Positions 9,306 through 17,248 of a DNA stretch of 42,190 nt are shown in pieces (positions within the stretch are counted from its first letter, which is position 1; every line of letters starts with the position of its first letter). This DNA is from Candidatus Micrarchaeia archaeon. GTDB lineage: Archaea > Micrarchaeota > Micrarchaeia > Norongarragalinales > UBA8480. The DNA lies in assembly GCA_039794045.1 (NCBI GenBank), contig JBAMLY010000005.1:1-42190 (forward strand). The letters run 5' to 3'. The notes under the pieces are model-generated. The model was not told the DNA's origin. It made no database searches and saw only the letters and a list, made by a program, of their open reading frames with translations. Position numbers and translations under genes: made by a program.

Positions 9306-9632
9306 ATGGCCGGCGTTGTGGGGTTTGGTAACGAGTCGAGTGCAGTCGCTTCAGTGATTCCTGGCGTCAACATTAACTTTGGTTTCCCGCCAGTGGGAGC
9401 GATTGAATCAATTATAATAGCCGTGGTGCTTGTTGTCTTGGCTTTGGCGCTTTTGTGGAAGCTCAAGAGCTTCATCGTAAACGCCGTGCTTGGCGTGGCT
9501 GCCTTGTTTGTTTTGAGCGCGTTGGGAGTGCCAGTAAACGTAAGCATTGCAAACGTCGTGGTTTGCGCTGTGCTGGGCTTGCTTGGCTTGGGGTTAATAA
9601 TAATTCTTGGCTTGCTGGGAGTTCGCTTTTGA
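9306..9632 (+). CDS. BofA-family (pro-sigmaK processing inhibitor-like) small membrane protein
   Basis: Three hydrophobic helices with the family pattern NAVLG...L..LGV.V......V.AVLG..G. Confidence 0.75.
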   Translation: MAGVVGFGNESSAVASVIPGVNINFGFPPVGAIESIIIAVVLVVLALALLWKLKSFIVNAVLGVAALFVLSALGVPVNVSIANVVVCAVLGLLGLGLIIILGLLGVRF

Positions 9633-9669
9633 CTGTTGGGGCAGTCAAGCGCGTCTTCGCTTTAGTGTT

Positions 9670-9945
9670 CTAGCCTTGCGTTTTCGGGGAGGGGAGCTTT
9701 ACGAAGTAAGTGTGGTGGTGGTCTCTTACTATTAATGGCTTCTTGCCTCTCGCTTCAAGCAAGCGCGCCACGTCAATCTCGTAGACTCCTTTTTCTACTG
9801 CAGTGATTTGCTCTATCCTGTCGCCCTCGTTGTTTTCTCCTGGGCCGCGAATGAAGAAGAAAACTCTGCTGCCGCACTCGCAGCCGTTCAACAACTTGCT
9901 TGAAGAAGAATGAATTTTTCCGCAATTGACACATTTGTGTGGCAC
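9670..9945 (-). CDS. oapC: OapC/ArvC-family zinc-ribbon protein (DUF2072)
   Basis: MPHKCVNCG...LLNGC-ECGSRVFFF and GVYEIDV..L...IV......Y.V.L motifs; directly downstream of the GTPase. Confidence 0.88.
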   Translation of the reverse strand: MPHKCVNCGKIHSSSSKLLNGCECGSRVFFFIRGPGENNEGDRIEQITAVEKGVYEIDVARLLEARGKKPLIVRDHHHTYFVKLPSPKTQG

Positions 9946-9970
9946 TCCATCAAACTCCGAGTCAACGCGC

Positions 9971-10588
9971 TCAAAACTTTTCTGCGATGGCTTCGTATAA
10001 CTTTGGCATGTTCTCGCCAGTCAGGGCTGAAACGCCTAGCACGGTGTGGTTGGGGAAGGCCTCACATATCTTGTCCACGCGGGCTTTGTCGTCGTCCACT
10101 TTGTTGGCGACGATTATGACTGGAATGCCGCGGGCTTCAATGTTGGACAACAACGCTAGATTTACTTGCGTTACTGGGTCGCGAGTGGAATCCATTACTA
10201 CCAGCGCAGCGTCCACTTCGTCTAACCACTTTATTGCTTCTACTACTCCTTTGGCGGCTTCCTTGGCGCGTTGTTGCGCGGCTTCTTTTTCGAGGCCCCA
10301 TGCTTGAAACTCTCGGTAATCTATTTTAGAGGCAACGCCAGGCAAGTCAACGACGTCTACCACCAAGCTCTTGCCGTTCACGCGCATTACCACGCCTTGT
10401 TTTTGTTGTACTGAACGCGTTTCGTGAGGCACCTCGCTTACGGCGCTCAACTCGCAGCCCACGAAATCCCTGCAAAAGCGGTTGGCGAGAGTGCTCTTGC
10501 CGGCGTTCACTGGCCCGTAAAAGCCGAGCGACAGCTTCTTCTCGCGCTTGAAAAAACCGCGAAGCAAGTTCAGTAGTTTTTGAAGCAA
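9971..10588 (-). CDS. oapA: Small Era-like GTPase OapA/ArvA
   Basis: G1 GPVNAGKS, G2 PHETR, G3 DLPG, G4 NKVD, G5 SAL; EAAKGVVEAIKWL signature; amphipathic N-terminus; TTG start 7 nt after GGTG. Confidence 0.9.
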   Translation of the reverse strand: MLQKLLNLLRGFFKREKKLSLGFYGPVNAGKSTLANRFCRDFVGCELSAVSEVPHETRSVQQKQGVVMRVNGKSLVVDVVDLPGVASKIDYREFQAWGLEKEAAQQRAKEAAKGVVEAIKWLDEVDAALVVMDSTRDPVTQVNLALLSNIEARGIPVIIVANKVDDDKARVDKICEAFPNHTVLGVSALTGENMPKLYEAIAEKF

Positions 10589-10665
10589 ACCAATGCACCG
10601 AAGTAGGAGAAAGAAAAAATAAGCGGGAAAACTTTTAAATGCATGGGAAAAGCTGGTTTTGCTCT

Positions 10666-11736
10666 TCAAAGCACTATGTTGATTTTCTTGCCGCACGCTG
10701 GACAAGACGGGTGCTTTTTCTCTTCAGCGCTCGCGTGATCCCACACGTTTTCAAGAACAGCCATTCCAGCGCGCTTTATCAAGAGCTTGCCGCACTGGGG
10801 GCACTTAGTGTCTTCCACGCCAGGCAAGAGAGTGTTGCCCGCGTAAGCGTATTCCAAGCCAGCGTCTTCGGCGATCTTCTTGGCGCGCAAAAGCGTTTCC
10901 TCGCGCGTGGCAGGAATGTCTTGCGCTTCGTAAGCAGGAAAGAAGCGAATAAAGTGAGTAGGAATGTCTTTGCCGACGCCTGCAATCCATTCAGCGGTGC
11001 GGCGCAACGAGTCATCGTCGTCGTTCCAGCCAGGCACCACCAAGTTAATGACTTCAAGGTGGATTTTCGGGCGCGCGTTGTAGACGCGAATAATGCTTTC
11101 TTGGACTGGCTCTAAGTGCGCTGAAGTGTACTCCAAGTACTTGTCGTCGTCAATGAACTTTAAATCAATTCTGATTGCTTGAAGCAAGCGCTCCCCCAAA
11201 ATTTGCTTGAAGCACTCGCGCGAAAAATAGCCGTTGCTCACGAACGCGTGGAATGCGCCAGGCATTTTCTCGCGCGCCTCCAAAATCGTGTCGCGCGCGT
11301 ACTCAAAAAAAATCGTTGGCTCGGTGTAAGTGTAAGCAAAGCCGTCAACTTTTTCTCGCGTGCCCTCAGCAACTATTTGTTTTGGCGTCAGGGTAGGCAT
11401 TGCCTCAAAAGGGTTTTTCTGGAGGCGGGGAAGCTGAGACAAGTCCCAGTTCTGACACCCTCTGCAACGCATGTTGCATCCTGGCGTGCCAAACGAAAGA
11501 ATTTTGCGGGCGCCAGGGTGAAAGTGAAAAAAAGGCTTTTTCTCTATGGGGTCCAGTTGCAGTCCGGCTGCCTTGCCCCAAGAGAGAGAACGCAGGACTC
11601 CACCGTCGTTGCAGCGCACGAGGCAAAAACCTCTTCCTCCTTCTGGAATGCGGCAGTAGCGAGCGCACAGCCTGCACTGCACAGCCTTTCCTTCCAGCTT
11701 TTCGTAAAGCAGTGCCTCGGGCGCATTTAAGGCCAT
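10666..11736 (-). CDS. amrS: AmmeMemoRadiSam-system radical SAM enzyme
   Basis: N-terminal CRLCARYC...GFC, DPIEKKPFFHF, CNMRCRGCQNW, YTYTEP, RFFPAY, C-terminal CPQC and CPAC. Confidence 0.9.
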   Translation of the reverse strand: MALNAPEALLYEKLEGKAVQCRLCARYCRIPEGGRGFCLVRCNDGGVLRSLSWGKAAGLQLDPIEKKPFFHFHPGARKILSFGTPGCNMRCRGCQNWDLSQLPRLQKNPFEAMPTLTPKQIVAEGTREKVDGFAYTYTEPTIFFEYARDTILEAREKMPGAFHAFVSNGYFSRECFKQILGERLLQAIRIDLKFIDDDKYLEYTSAHLEPVQESIIRVYNARPKIHLEVINLVVPGWNDDDDSLRRTAEWIAGVGKDIPTHFIRFFPAYEAQDIPATREETLLRAKKIAEDAGLEYAYAGNTLLPGVEDTKCPQCGKLLIKRAGMAVLENVWDHASAEEKKHPSCPACGKKINIVL

Positions 11737-11757
11737 GAATGCTTTAACGCTTCCCCA

Positions 11758-11770
11758 ACATTTAAATAAG
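11758..11770. promoter_or_regulatory. Probable bidirectional TATA box between amrS and the divergent Zn-ribbon membrane gene
   Basis: ATTTAAATA lies 25-30 nt from both ATGs (11736 on -, 11797 on +). Confidence 0.55.
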
Positions 11771-11796
11771 ACTGTTTGCTAACGCCTCTTGATTTA

Positions 11797-12135
11797 ATGG
11801 AAACCGCTTGCCCTGTGTGCGGCCACCCCTTAGACGTTGACGCTGCAAACAGCGTTGTTTACTGCAAGAACTGCGGCTTCGCCGTCCACGTCGACCCAAA
11901 CACTGGAGAAACGCAGGTGCTCAACCCCGGCACTCCGCCTGCGCCGGGACAGCAAGGCGGCGCTCCAGCCGCTTACGCTGGAGGCCACACTATACTCGGA
12001 TTAGAGCCATTCAACTTCTGGTTGTTCGCCACAGCAATTCTCTTGATTCTCACCATAATGAGTATAATACCCGACATGACGGCCTTCGCAGTACTCGAAA
12101 TCATTCTCACCTTACTCTGGCTCTTGAAGCGCTGA
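11797..12135 (+). CDS. Hypothetical Zn-ribbon membrane protein
   Basis: CPVC...CKNC, Pro/Gly linker, two C-terminal TM helices. Confidence 0.75.
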   Translation: METACPVCGHPLDVDAANSVVYCKNCGFAVHVDPNTGETQVLNPGTPPAPGQQGGAPAAYAGGHTILGLEPFNFWLFATAILLILTIMSIIPDMTAFAVLEIILTLLWLLKR

Positions 12136-12171
12136 CGCGCCCGCAGGCTTTCAGTGCCCGCAAGAATAAAG

Positions 12172-13449
12172 CTACCAGTCACTGATGCTCTTCTGCTTCG
12201 CAACCGGTGCTTTTTTTTCATTGCACAAGCGCGCTTCTTCAGGCATTTGCGGCACGCCGTATTCTCCGTCAAAGCCCGGCTTTATTTTTATTCTCGCCTC
12301 GCGGTTGAGCATGATTGCGCTCACGATTTTCTGGTGCGCAGTTTTCAGCAGTGCTTCTCTTGGCGCGTCTAGCAAGACAGCAAGCTCGTATCCGAACTCG
12401 CGGATGAGGCGCGCGCCCTCGACCAACACTTTTTTTGAGGAAGGGGTGGAGCAGTAGACTGTTGCGATCAACTCGTGCAAGGGCAAGAGCTTCTTGAATG
12501 GCACGGCGTCTTTTGGCGTAAAGCCTTGAGGGCGGTCGGCCAGTTGCTCGACGCGGTACTCTACGCCGATCGTGAGGGGCTTGCCGCACACGGGGCAAAC
12601 TCCGTTGAGTTTCCTGGTCTCGCTTGGAGGACACGAGAAGCCACAGTTGCGGTGGCCGTCCCAGTGGTACTTGCCGTACGCGGGATCGGTTTCCACGGTG
12701 AAAAGCATTCTTTTTTCTTTTACCATTCTCCAAAGCGATTCAAATGAATTCACTTGGTCGGGGAACGCCGTGCACTCTCTTCCGATCCGCCAAGGCCAGA
12801 AAGAGTGCGAGTCGCTGAAGCTAACTGGAGTGAAAGCATCAAGCTTGCTGACTCGCCAGCACATGGCTGGGTCTGCAGACATGCCTGTCTCGTAGCAAAA
12901 AACTTGCTTTGCTTGGTCTTCGTAGGCTTCCTCCAGCGAGTCAAAGCCGCTCTTGCTTCCGAACACTCCAAACCACGGCGTCCAAACGTGGGCGGGAAAG
13001 ACTACGGCGTTCGGGCAGGCTTGCTTCGTGCACTCAACGAGTTCGGCGCACGAGCGGTTGCCGAAAGTCGGGCGGCCGTCCGCGGAAAGATTGCCCCAGC
13101 CCGCGTACAAGTCGTTTAGTTGCTCGGCTTCCTCCAGCGATGAAACGCAGACGACGTGGTGCACTTTGTGCACGCGCGCGGCGTCAGAGTTGAAGGTGGC
13201 CACTTCCACTTGCAGCATGAACCGCGGCCCGCTTTCCCTGCCTTTCAAGGAGTAAAAACCACTTTCTTCTGGCGACTCGACGAGCTTGGACTTCAACTCC
13301 TTGAACCACGACGGGTGAGTGAAGTCGCCGGTGCCAACCAATCCAAGTCCTTTCTCGCACGCGCCAGCGCTCACATGTTCTAAGTCCATGCTTGGGCTCG
13401 TGCCACGCGCGTACTTCGAGTGAATATGGAGGTCAGCAAATAAAGCCAT
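12172..13449 (-). CDS. endoQ: Endonuclease Q (PHP-domain DNA repair endonuclease)
   Basis: DLHIHSKY, GTGDFTHP, PAHVWTPW, SDSHS, GKYHWDGHRNC...CPVC, PGFDGEYG; C-terminal PIP-like QKSISDW. Confidence 0.93.
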   Translation of the reverse strand: MALFADLHIHSKYARGTSPSMDLEHVSAGACEKGLGLVGTGDFTHPSWFKELKSKLVESPEESGFYSLKGRESGPRFMLQVEVATFNSDAARVHKVHHVVCVSSLEEAEQLNDLYAGWGNLSADGRPTFGNRSCAELVECTKQACPNAVVFPAHVWTPWFGVFGSKSGFDSLEEAYEDQAKQVFCYETGMSADPAMCWRVSKLDAFTPVSFSDSHSFWPWRIGRECTAFPDQVNSFESLWRMVKEKRMLFTVETDPAYGKYHWDGHRNCGFSCPPSETRKLNGVCPVCGKPLTIGVEYRVEQLADRPQGFTPKDAVPFKKLLPLHELIATVYCSTPSSKKVLVEGARLIREFGYELAVLLDAPREALLKTAHQKIVSAIMLNREARIKIKPGFDGEYGVPQMPEEARLCNEKKAPVAKQKSISDW

Positions 13450-13539
13450 GAAATCAATTGAGTGGAACGCAATAAAAATTAGTTGCAGTGCCTGAAACAA
13501 ATCACTTTGACTGGAGAACGCGTGGCAGCCACCTAGGCG

Positions 13540-14085
13540 TTAAGCTCCAGCGCGCTTTTGCGTTGCAGCGTGGCCTCGAATGATGTTGGCGTCCACCCAG
13601 TAAAACAATAGGAAAGCCGCCCAATAGGCAGCGAAGGCGTGCGCGGAAGTCCAGCCACTCAAGTAAACGAGGTTGCCCGCGCTTGCGAGCACTGCTTCGA
13701 TGGCGGTGCCCGCAACTGCTACAAGCATCGTCAAGGGTAGTGCGACGCGCAACTCGAATTTTTTCGGGAAAAGCAAGTCAAGGGCGGCGCCGGCGCACAA
13801 CGCAATCAAGAACACTTCTATTGGAGGAAAGAACTGAGTTGGCCCTAAAGCGAAAATGCTTCCAGTGCTATGCCAAAATCCTGCCAGCAAGCCGCCAGTC
13901 TCGAAAAACCAGTCGAAAACCGCGAGAAAAAACCCCATTAAAAGCATTGAGTGAACGCGTTTGCCGCTCGGCTTAAGCAATGCAGCTAACGACCAAATTA
14001 TTGCTGCTGCGGCAAGCAACAGGAAAACCCATAAACTCAACGAAACCAATGCCACGCTCTCCACCCATTTTTCGTTTACGCGCAC
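13540..14085 (-). CDS. Hypothetical polytopic membrane protein with internal duplication
   Basis: About 5 TM segments; repeated E-x6-G-x-W/x-x-Y motif (FETGGLLAGFWH / IEAVLASAGNLVY); start uncertain. Confidence 0.65.
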   Translation of the reverse strand: MRVNEKWVESVALVSLSLWVFLLLAAAAIIWSLAALLKPSGKRVHSMLLMGFFLAVFDWFFETGGLLAGFWHSTGSIFALGPTQFFPPIEVFLIALCAGAALDLLFPKKFELRVALPLTMLVAVAGTAIEAVLASAGNLVYLSGWTSAHAFAAYWAAFLLFYWVDANIIRGHAATQKRAGA

Positions 14086-14097
14086 TTAACGCGACGT

Positions 14098-14895
14098 TCA
14101 CCTAATGTAAGAAAGGTTATCGCGCTTCTGCGCTTCTGTGGCAGCCAAGGCAGCGCCCGCCCGAGCTGCTTCGTCGCGCGCTTGCGCTTCCAGTTGCTCC
14201 ACTATTTTCTGGGCTTGACGCGCTTGAGACTGCAAGCTCTTCAAGTCAAACTTTTGCTTTAACTTCTTGCCGGCAATCTCAATCAAAGCAGCTGCCGCGC
14301 CAGCGTCCAAGACGGCGCCGCTCGTCTCGGCTAGCAGGCAAGCGCCCTTCAACCCGTACAACGGCGCCAGCGCTGGAACGAGTCCAGCCATCCCAACTAT
14401 GGGAACCGCCGCAGACGGCGTCAACGCGCCCAGCCTCGTAAACTCTTCAAGAGTCTTTCGCGTCGTGGCAGCACAGTAAACGCGGGGCTTGCCAGTCTTT
14501 TTGGCAGAGGAATAGCCCGCCATCGCTATTACTTGAGCGCCACCCAAACCAGCAAAAAAATCCAGTAACTTGCCGCAAACCTCGTACTGTCCCTCCACAG
14601 TAAGTGGTTGGAGACCGCCGCGCACGAGCACCAAGTTAGTTTCTCCTACTCTCGCATAATACATTTTCAAGGTGAACGGGCGAAGACAGCCGTTGGGGAG
14701 GGCGAGAACCTGGTTAGGAAAATGGGGGGAGTAAAGCGTCGCGAAAAGAGTCGGATTCAATTGCTTCGCGATAGAGTCGACGGCGAGCTTGCTCACGAAG
14801 CCCACTCCAGGCAGTCCCACGAGCATCACTGCTTTTTTCGCAGAAATTTTTTGCCTTACTTTAATTGTTGACTCGCTCAGCAAACCGCCAGCCAT
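14098..14895 (-). CDS. Proteasome assembly chaperone, PAC2 family
   Basis: GLPGVGFVSKL, YSPHFP.QV, GQYE, IVGMAGL, ACLLAET, D..AA, C-terminal YIR; position after nop10 is conserved. Confidence 0.92.
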   Translation of the reverse strand: MAGGLLSESTIKVRQKISAKKAVMLVGLPGVGFVSKLAVDSIAKQLNPTLFATLYSPHFPNQVLALPNGCLRPFTLKMYYARVGETNLVLVRGGLQPLTVEGQYEVCGKLLDFFAGLGGAQVIAMAGYSSAKKTGKPRVYCAATTRKTLEEFTRLGALTPSAAVPIVGMAGLVPALAPLYGLKGACLLAETSGAVLDAGAAAALIEIAGKKLKQKFDLKSLQSQARQAQKIVEQLEAQARDEAARAGAALAATEAQKRDNLSYIR

Positions 14896-14901
14896 AACAA
14901 C

Positions 14902-15063
14902 TCACTTCAACAAACCAGCGAATTTTTCTTTGCGCCGGTATTCCGCGTACTTGTCGTGCGGAGAATATTTAGGGGGGTGAGCCGCGCGCGTTTCCCCGCC
15001 GCACTTGGGGCACTCTTCCTTTAAAGTGTACGCCTTGCACGCGACGCACTTGCGCAACTTCAA
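14902..15063 (-). CDS. nop10: H/ACA RNP protein Nop10 (not in the ORF track)
   Basis: Manual translation from TTG: MKLRKCVACKAYTLKEECPKCGGETRAAHPPKYSPHDKYAEYRRKEKFAGLLK. Confidence 0.95.
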   Translation of the reverse strand: MKLRKCVACKAYTLKEECPKCGGETRAAHPPKYSPHDKYAEYRRKEKFAGLLK

Positions 15064-15067
15064 CGAA

Positions 15068-15856
15068 TCACTTCAACTTCTCTAAAGCGAACTCGACTTG
15101 TTTCCCCGCAGCCTGCTGCAAAAGCGCTTGAGCCCTCGAAAAAACTTTTTCAACCGACTTCAAGTCAGGCGCTGAAAAGTCAACGAAATAGTTGGGGGCG
15201 CCGAGGTAAAGAACTTTCACGCTCGTCTTGCCCTGCGAAAGCCCTTCAAGAGAAGAAAGAATGCGGCGAACTTCTTCCACGCCGTTTCCGGCAAAGCTTT
15301 CAAGCTTCAGCGAGGCCCGCACTTTCACGGTCTTCTGCTTTATTTCCGCTCTAGCTACTTCCACGAGGCACTGCGCCCACTGCCCAGGAATCTTTTTGGA
15401 AGGCTCTTCGCCTTTCGCGAAAGCCTCGAAAGCAGAATACAAGTCGCCGTACTCGGCTGCGAGCACTGGCGCGACCTCGCGCTCTGCGACGGCAATAGTC
15501 TTGCCGAGCTTGACTGCCGCGCGCTCCAAGAGCTTGCGAGCGCGCTTCTCCATTTGAACTTCTTCTAGTTTGCGCTTCTTGTCTGCATCGCTTACCTTCT
15601 TTAAGCTGACGTCCACCTGCCTTTTTTCTGGGTCAACGCGCGTAACCAAAACTACTACGCGTTGTCCTTCCTTGATGTGCTCGCGAATGTTGCGTATCCA
15701 GCCACTGCTTACCTCGCTGATGTGCAAGAAAGCGTCGTGCGCAGGGTATTCTTCCAAGCTAATGAAAGCGCCGTAGTCAACTATTTTCTTAATGGTTCCA
15801 ACAGCGTACTCGCCCACCGAAGGATATTCTGCTCGTGCAGGCGCTTGCGAAGCCAC
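15068..15856 (-). CDS. eif2a: Translation initiation factor aIF2 alpha
   Basis: YPSVGE, S1 domain YGAFISLEEY...LHISEVSSGWIRNIR, VDVSLK, YLGAPNY; GTG start at 15856 inferred because the track start overlaps rps27e. Confidence 0.95.
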   Translation of the reverse strand: MASQAPARAEYPSVGEYAVGTIKKIVDYGAFISLEEYPAHDAFLHISEVSSGWIRNIREHIKEGQRVVVLVTRVDPEKRQVDVSLKKVSDADKKRKLEEVQMEKRARKLLERAAVKLGKTIAVAEREVAPVLAAEYGDLYSAFEAFAKGEEPSKKIPGQWAQCLVEVARAEIKQKTVKVRASLKLESFAGNGVEEVRRILSSLEGLSQGKTSVKVLYLGAPNYFVDFSAPDLKSVEKVFSRAQALLQQAAGKQVEFALEKLK

Positions 15857-15900
15857 CCCCCCGCCTGGTGCAACCGAAGGCTTTCTCGAATGCAAGGAAC

Positions 15901-16062
15901 TCAAGAGAGTACCTCCAATATCTTGGCTTCGATCGCTGCCCTGCCGCCGCGCGGGCGCGCTATCACTTTCTTGCACGCCTTGCACTTGACGGTGCTCTTG
16001 CTGTCACCGAATATAATGGCGTCCTGGCCGCAATCGCATTGAACATGCAAAAACCTGCTCAT
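15901..16062 (-). CDS. rps27e: 30S ribosomal protein S27e (not in the ORF track)
   Basis: Manual translation: MSRFLHVQCDCGQDAIIFGDSKSTVKCKACKKVIARPRGGRAAIEAKILEVLS; AGGTGG SD. Confidence 0.95.
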   Translation of the reverse strand: MSRFLHVQCDCGQDAIIFGDSKSTVKCKACKKVIARPRGGRAAIEAKILEVLS

Positions 16063-16072
16063 TAAAAACCAC

Positions 16073-16360
16073 CTACTTCGCAGTCTCCGCTTTTTTCTTC
16101 ATTCTGCCGCTCACCGTGCGCTCGTGTTTTTTCTTGCAGGCAGAGCACTCCAGCATTACTTTATTGCGAATGCCTTGCTTTTTCACTTTCTTCTTGCCAG
16201 CAACCTTGCCGTGAAAGCCGCCCAACTTGCGTTCCTGACGAAGGTTACCCCACGCGAGAGTCCTTCCCTTCTTCGCCTTGCTCGTGCTGACCTTCACTTT
16301 ATGCAAAGTGTGCTTCTTGCAGTACGGGCAATAAGTCTTTACTTCCTTAGGCACTATCAC
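16073..16360 (-). CDS. rpl44e: 50S ribosomal protein L44e (eL42)
   Basis: PKEVKTYCPYCKKHTLHKV...LECSAC; highly basic; conserved synteny. Confidence 0.93.
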   Translation of the reverse strand: MIVPKEVKTYCPYCKKHTLHKVKVSTSKAKKGRTLAWGNLRQERKLGGFHGKVAGKKKVKKQGIRNKVMLECSACKKKHERTVSGRMKKKAETAK

Positions 16361-16404
16361 TCAAACCACCCTGAAAAAATCACTTCTACCAGCAAGCTCG
16401 CCGC

Positions 16405-17025
16405 CTAAACGCCTTCCACTCTCCCCTCAGTTATCACGGAAACTTTTTTTCTCGCCGCGCTTTCAACTCGCTCGGCGTACTCAGCAACTTTTCGGCGAAC
16501 CAGCAAGCTCGCCTGATCCCCTGAAAGCTCAACCACTTGCCCGGCAGAAAACGGGCCGTAGTCTTTGCCGTCGTCGCCAACGAAAGCCTCTGGAATGTCG
16601 GACAAAATGCGAACCTTCACCACAGAAGGCAGAGCGCCAGCCACGCAAGCAGCTTCAAGTTCGACAGGCTTGGGAACCGGCGCGACAAGCAAGTCCTCGT
16701 AGTCCTTCAACAATTTGATTGCAGAAGTATATAACTCTTTTTCCTCTGACGCCAAGCCTTCACTGGAAACAGAGCCCGCGCGCAAGTCACGCAAGGCCTT
16801 CAAAAGAATCTTGTTCTGGCGGAGCTCCACTACTTCCTTCAACATCTTGGACAAGTTCTCGTAAGAACGCGCTCCATCCAAAGAAAAAGACTTGCACAAC
16901 TCTTCCTTCTGCTGCTGCAAGAGAGCACGGTAAGCCTGAAAAAAATCTTCGCTTACCTGCGCCAGCGAGCCGACCCTCTTCTCGTGCAAGTGAATCTTTC
17001 TAAGTTCCTCGAAACTCGTTTCCAT
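16405..17025 (-). CDS. GINS subunit (Gins51/Gins15 type)
   Basis: N-terminal helical A domain (DFFQAY, LRQNKIL, LASEEKELY) and C-terminal B domain (VRILSDIP.FVG.DG..YGPF..G..V.L). Confidence 0.88.
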   Translation of the reverse strand: METSFEELRKIHLHEKRVGSLAQVSEDFFQAYRALLQQQKEELCKSFSLDGARSYENLSKMLKEVVELRQNKILLKALRDLRAGSVSSEGLASEEKELYTSAIKLLKDYEDLLVAPVPKPVELEAACVAGALPSVVKVRILSDIPEAFVGDDGKDYGPFSAGQVVELSGDQASLLVRRKVAEYAERVESAARKKVSVITEGRVEGV

Positions 17026-17089
17026 CAAAAACGCCCAAAAACAATGCTTGAAAGAAAATTGTGTGAACACGATTTAAAATTCCTTGCAG

Positions 17090-17248
17090 TCAAATCAAGT
17101 CCATTGCCTTGAAATCCTTTTGTCGCGCCAGCAAAACAATTTTTTCCTTCAAGCCAGCAAACTCTTCCTCGCTAGCCGGCCTTACCGAAGCCGCACTCCA
17201 ATCAATTCCAGCCCCCCACAAAGAAAAACCAAGCCATTCCAAAATCAC
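17090..17248 (-). CDS. Possible 52-aa hypothetical protein coupled to priS
   Basis: GTG start overlaps the priS TGA stop (GTGA at 17248-17245); fills the gap up to the gins promoter region. Confidence 0.4.
   Translation of the reverse strand: MILEWLGFSLWGAGIDWSAASVRPASEEEFAGLKEKIVLLARQKDFKAMDLI

Noticed and set aside
10666..11736. Annotation as pyruvate formate-lyase activating enzyme
   Set aside because: DPIEKKP motif and terminal Cys clusters are typical of AmrS, and no glycyl-radical enzyme is nearby
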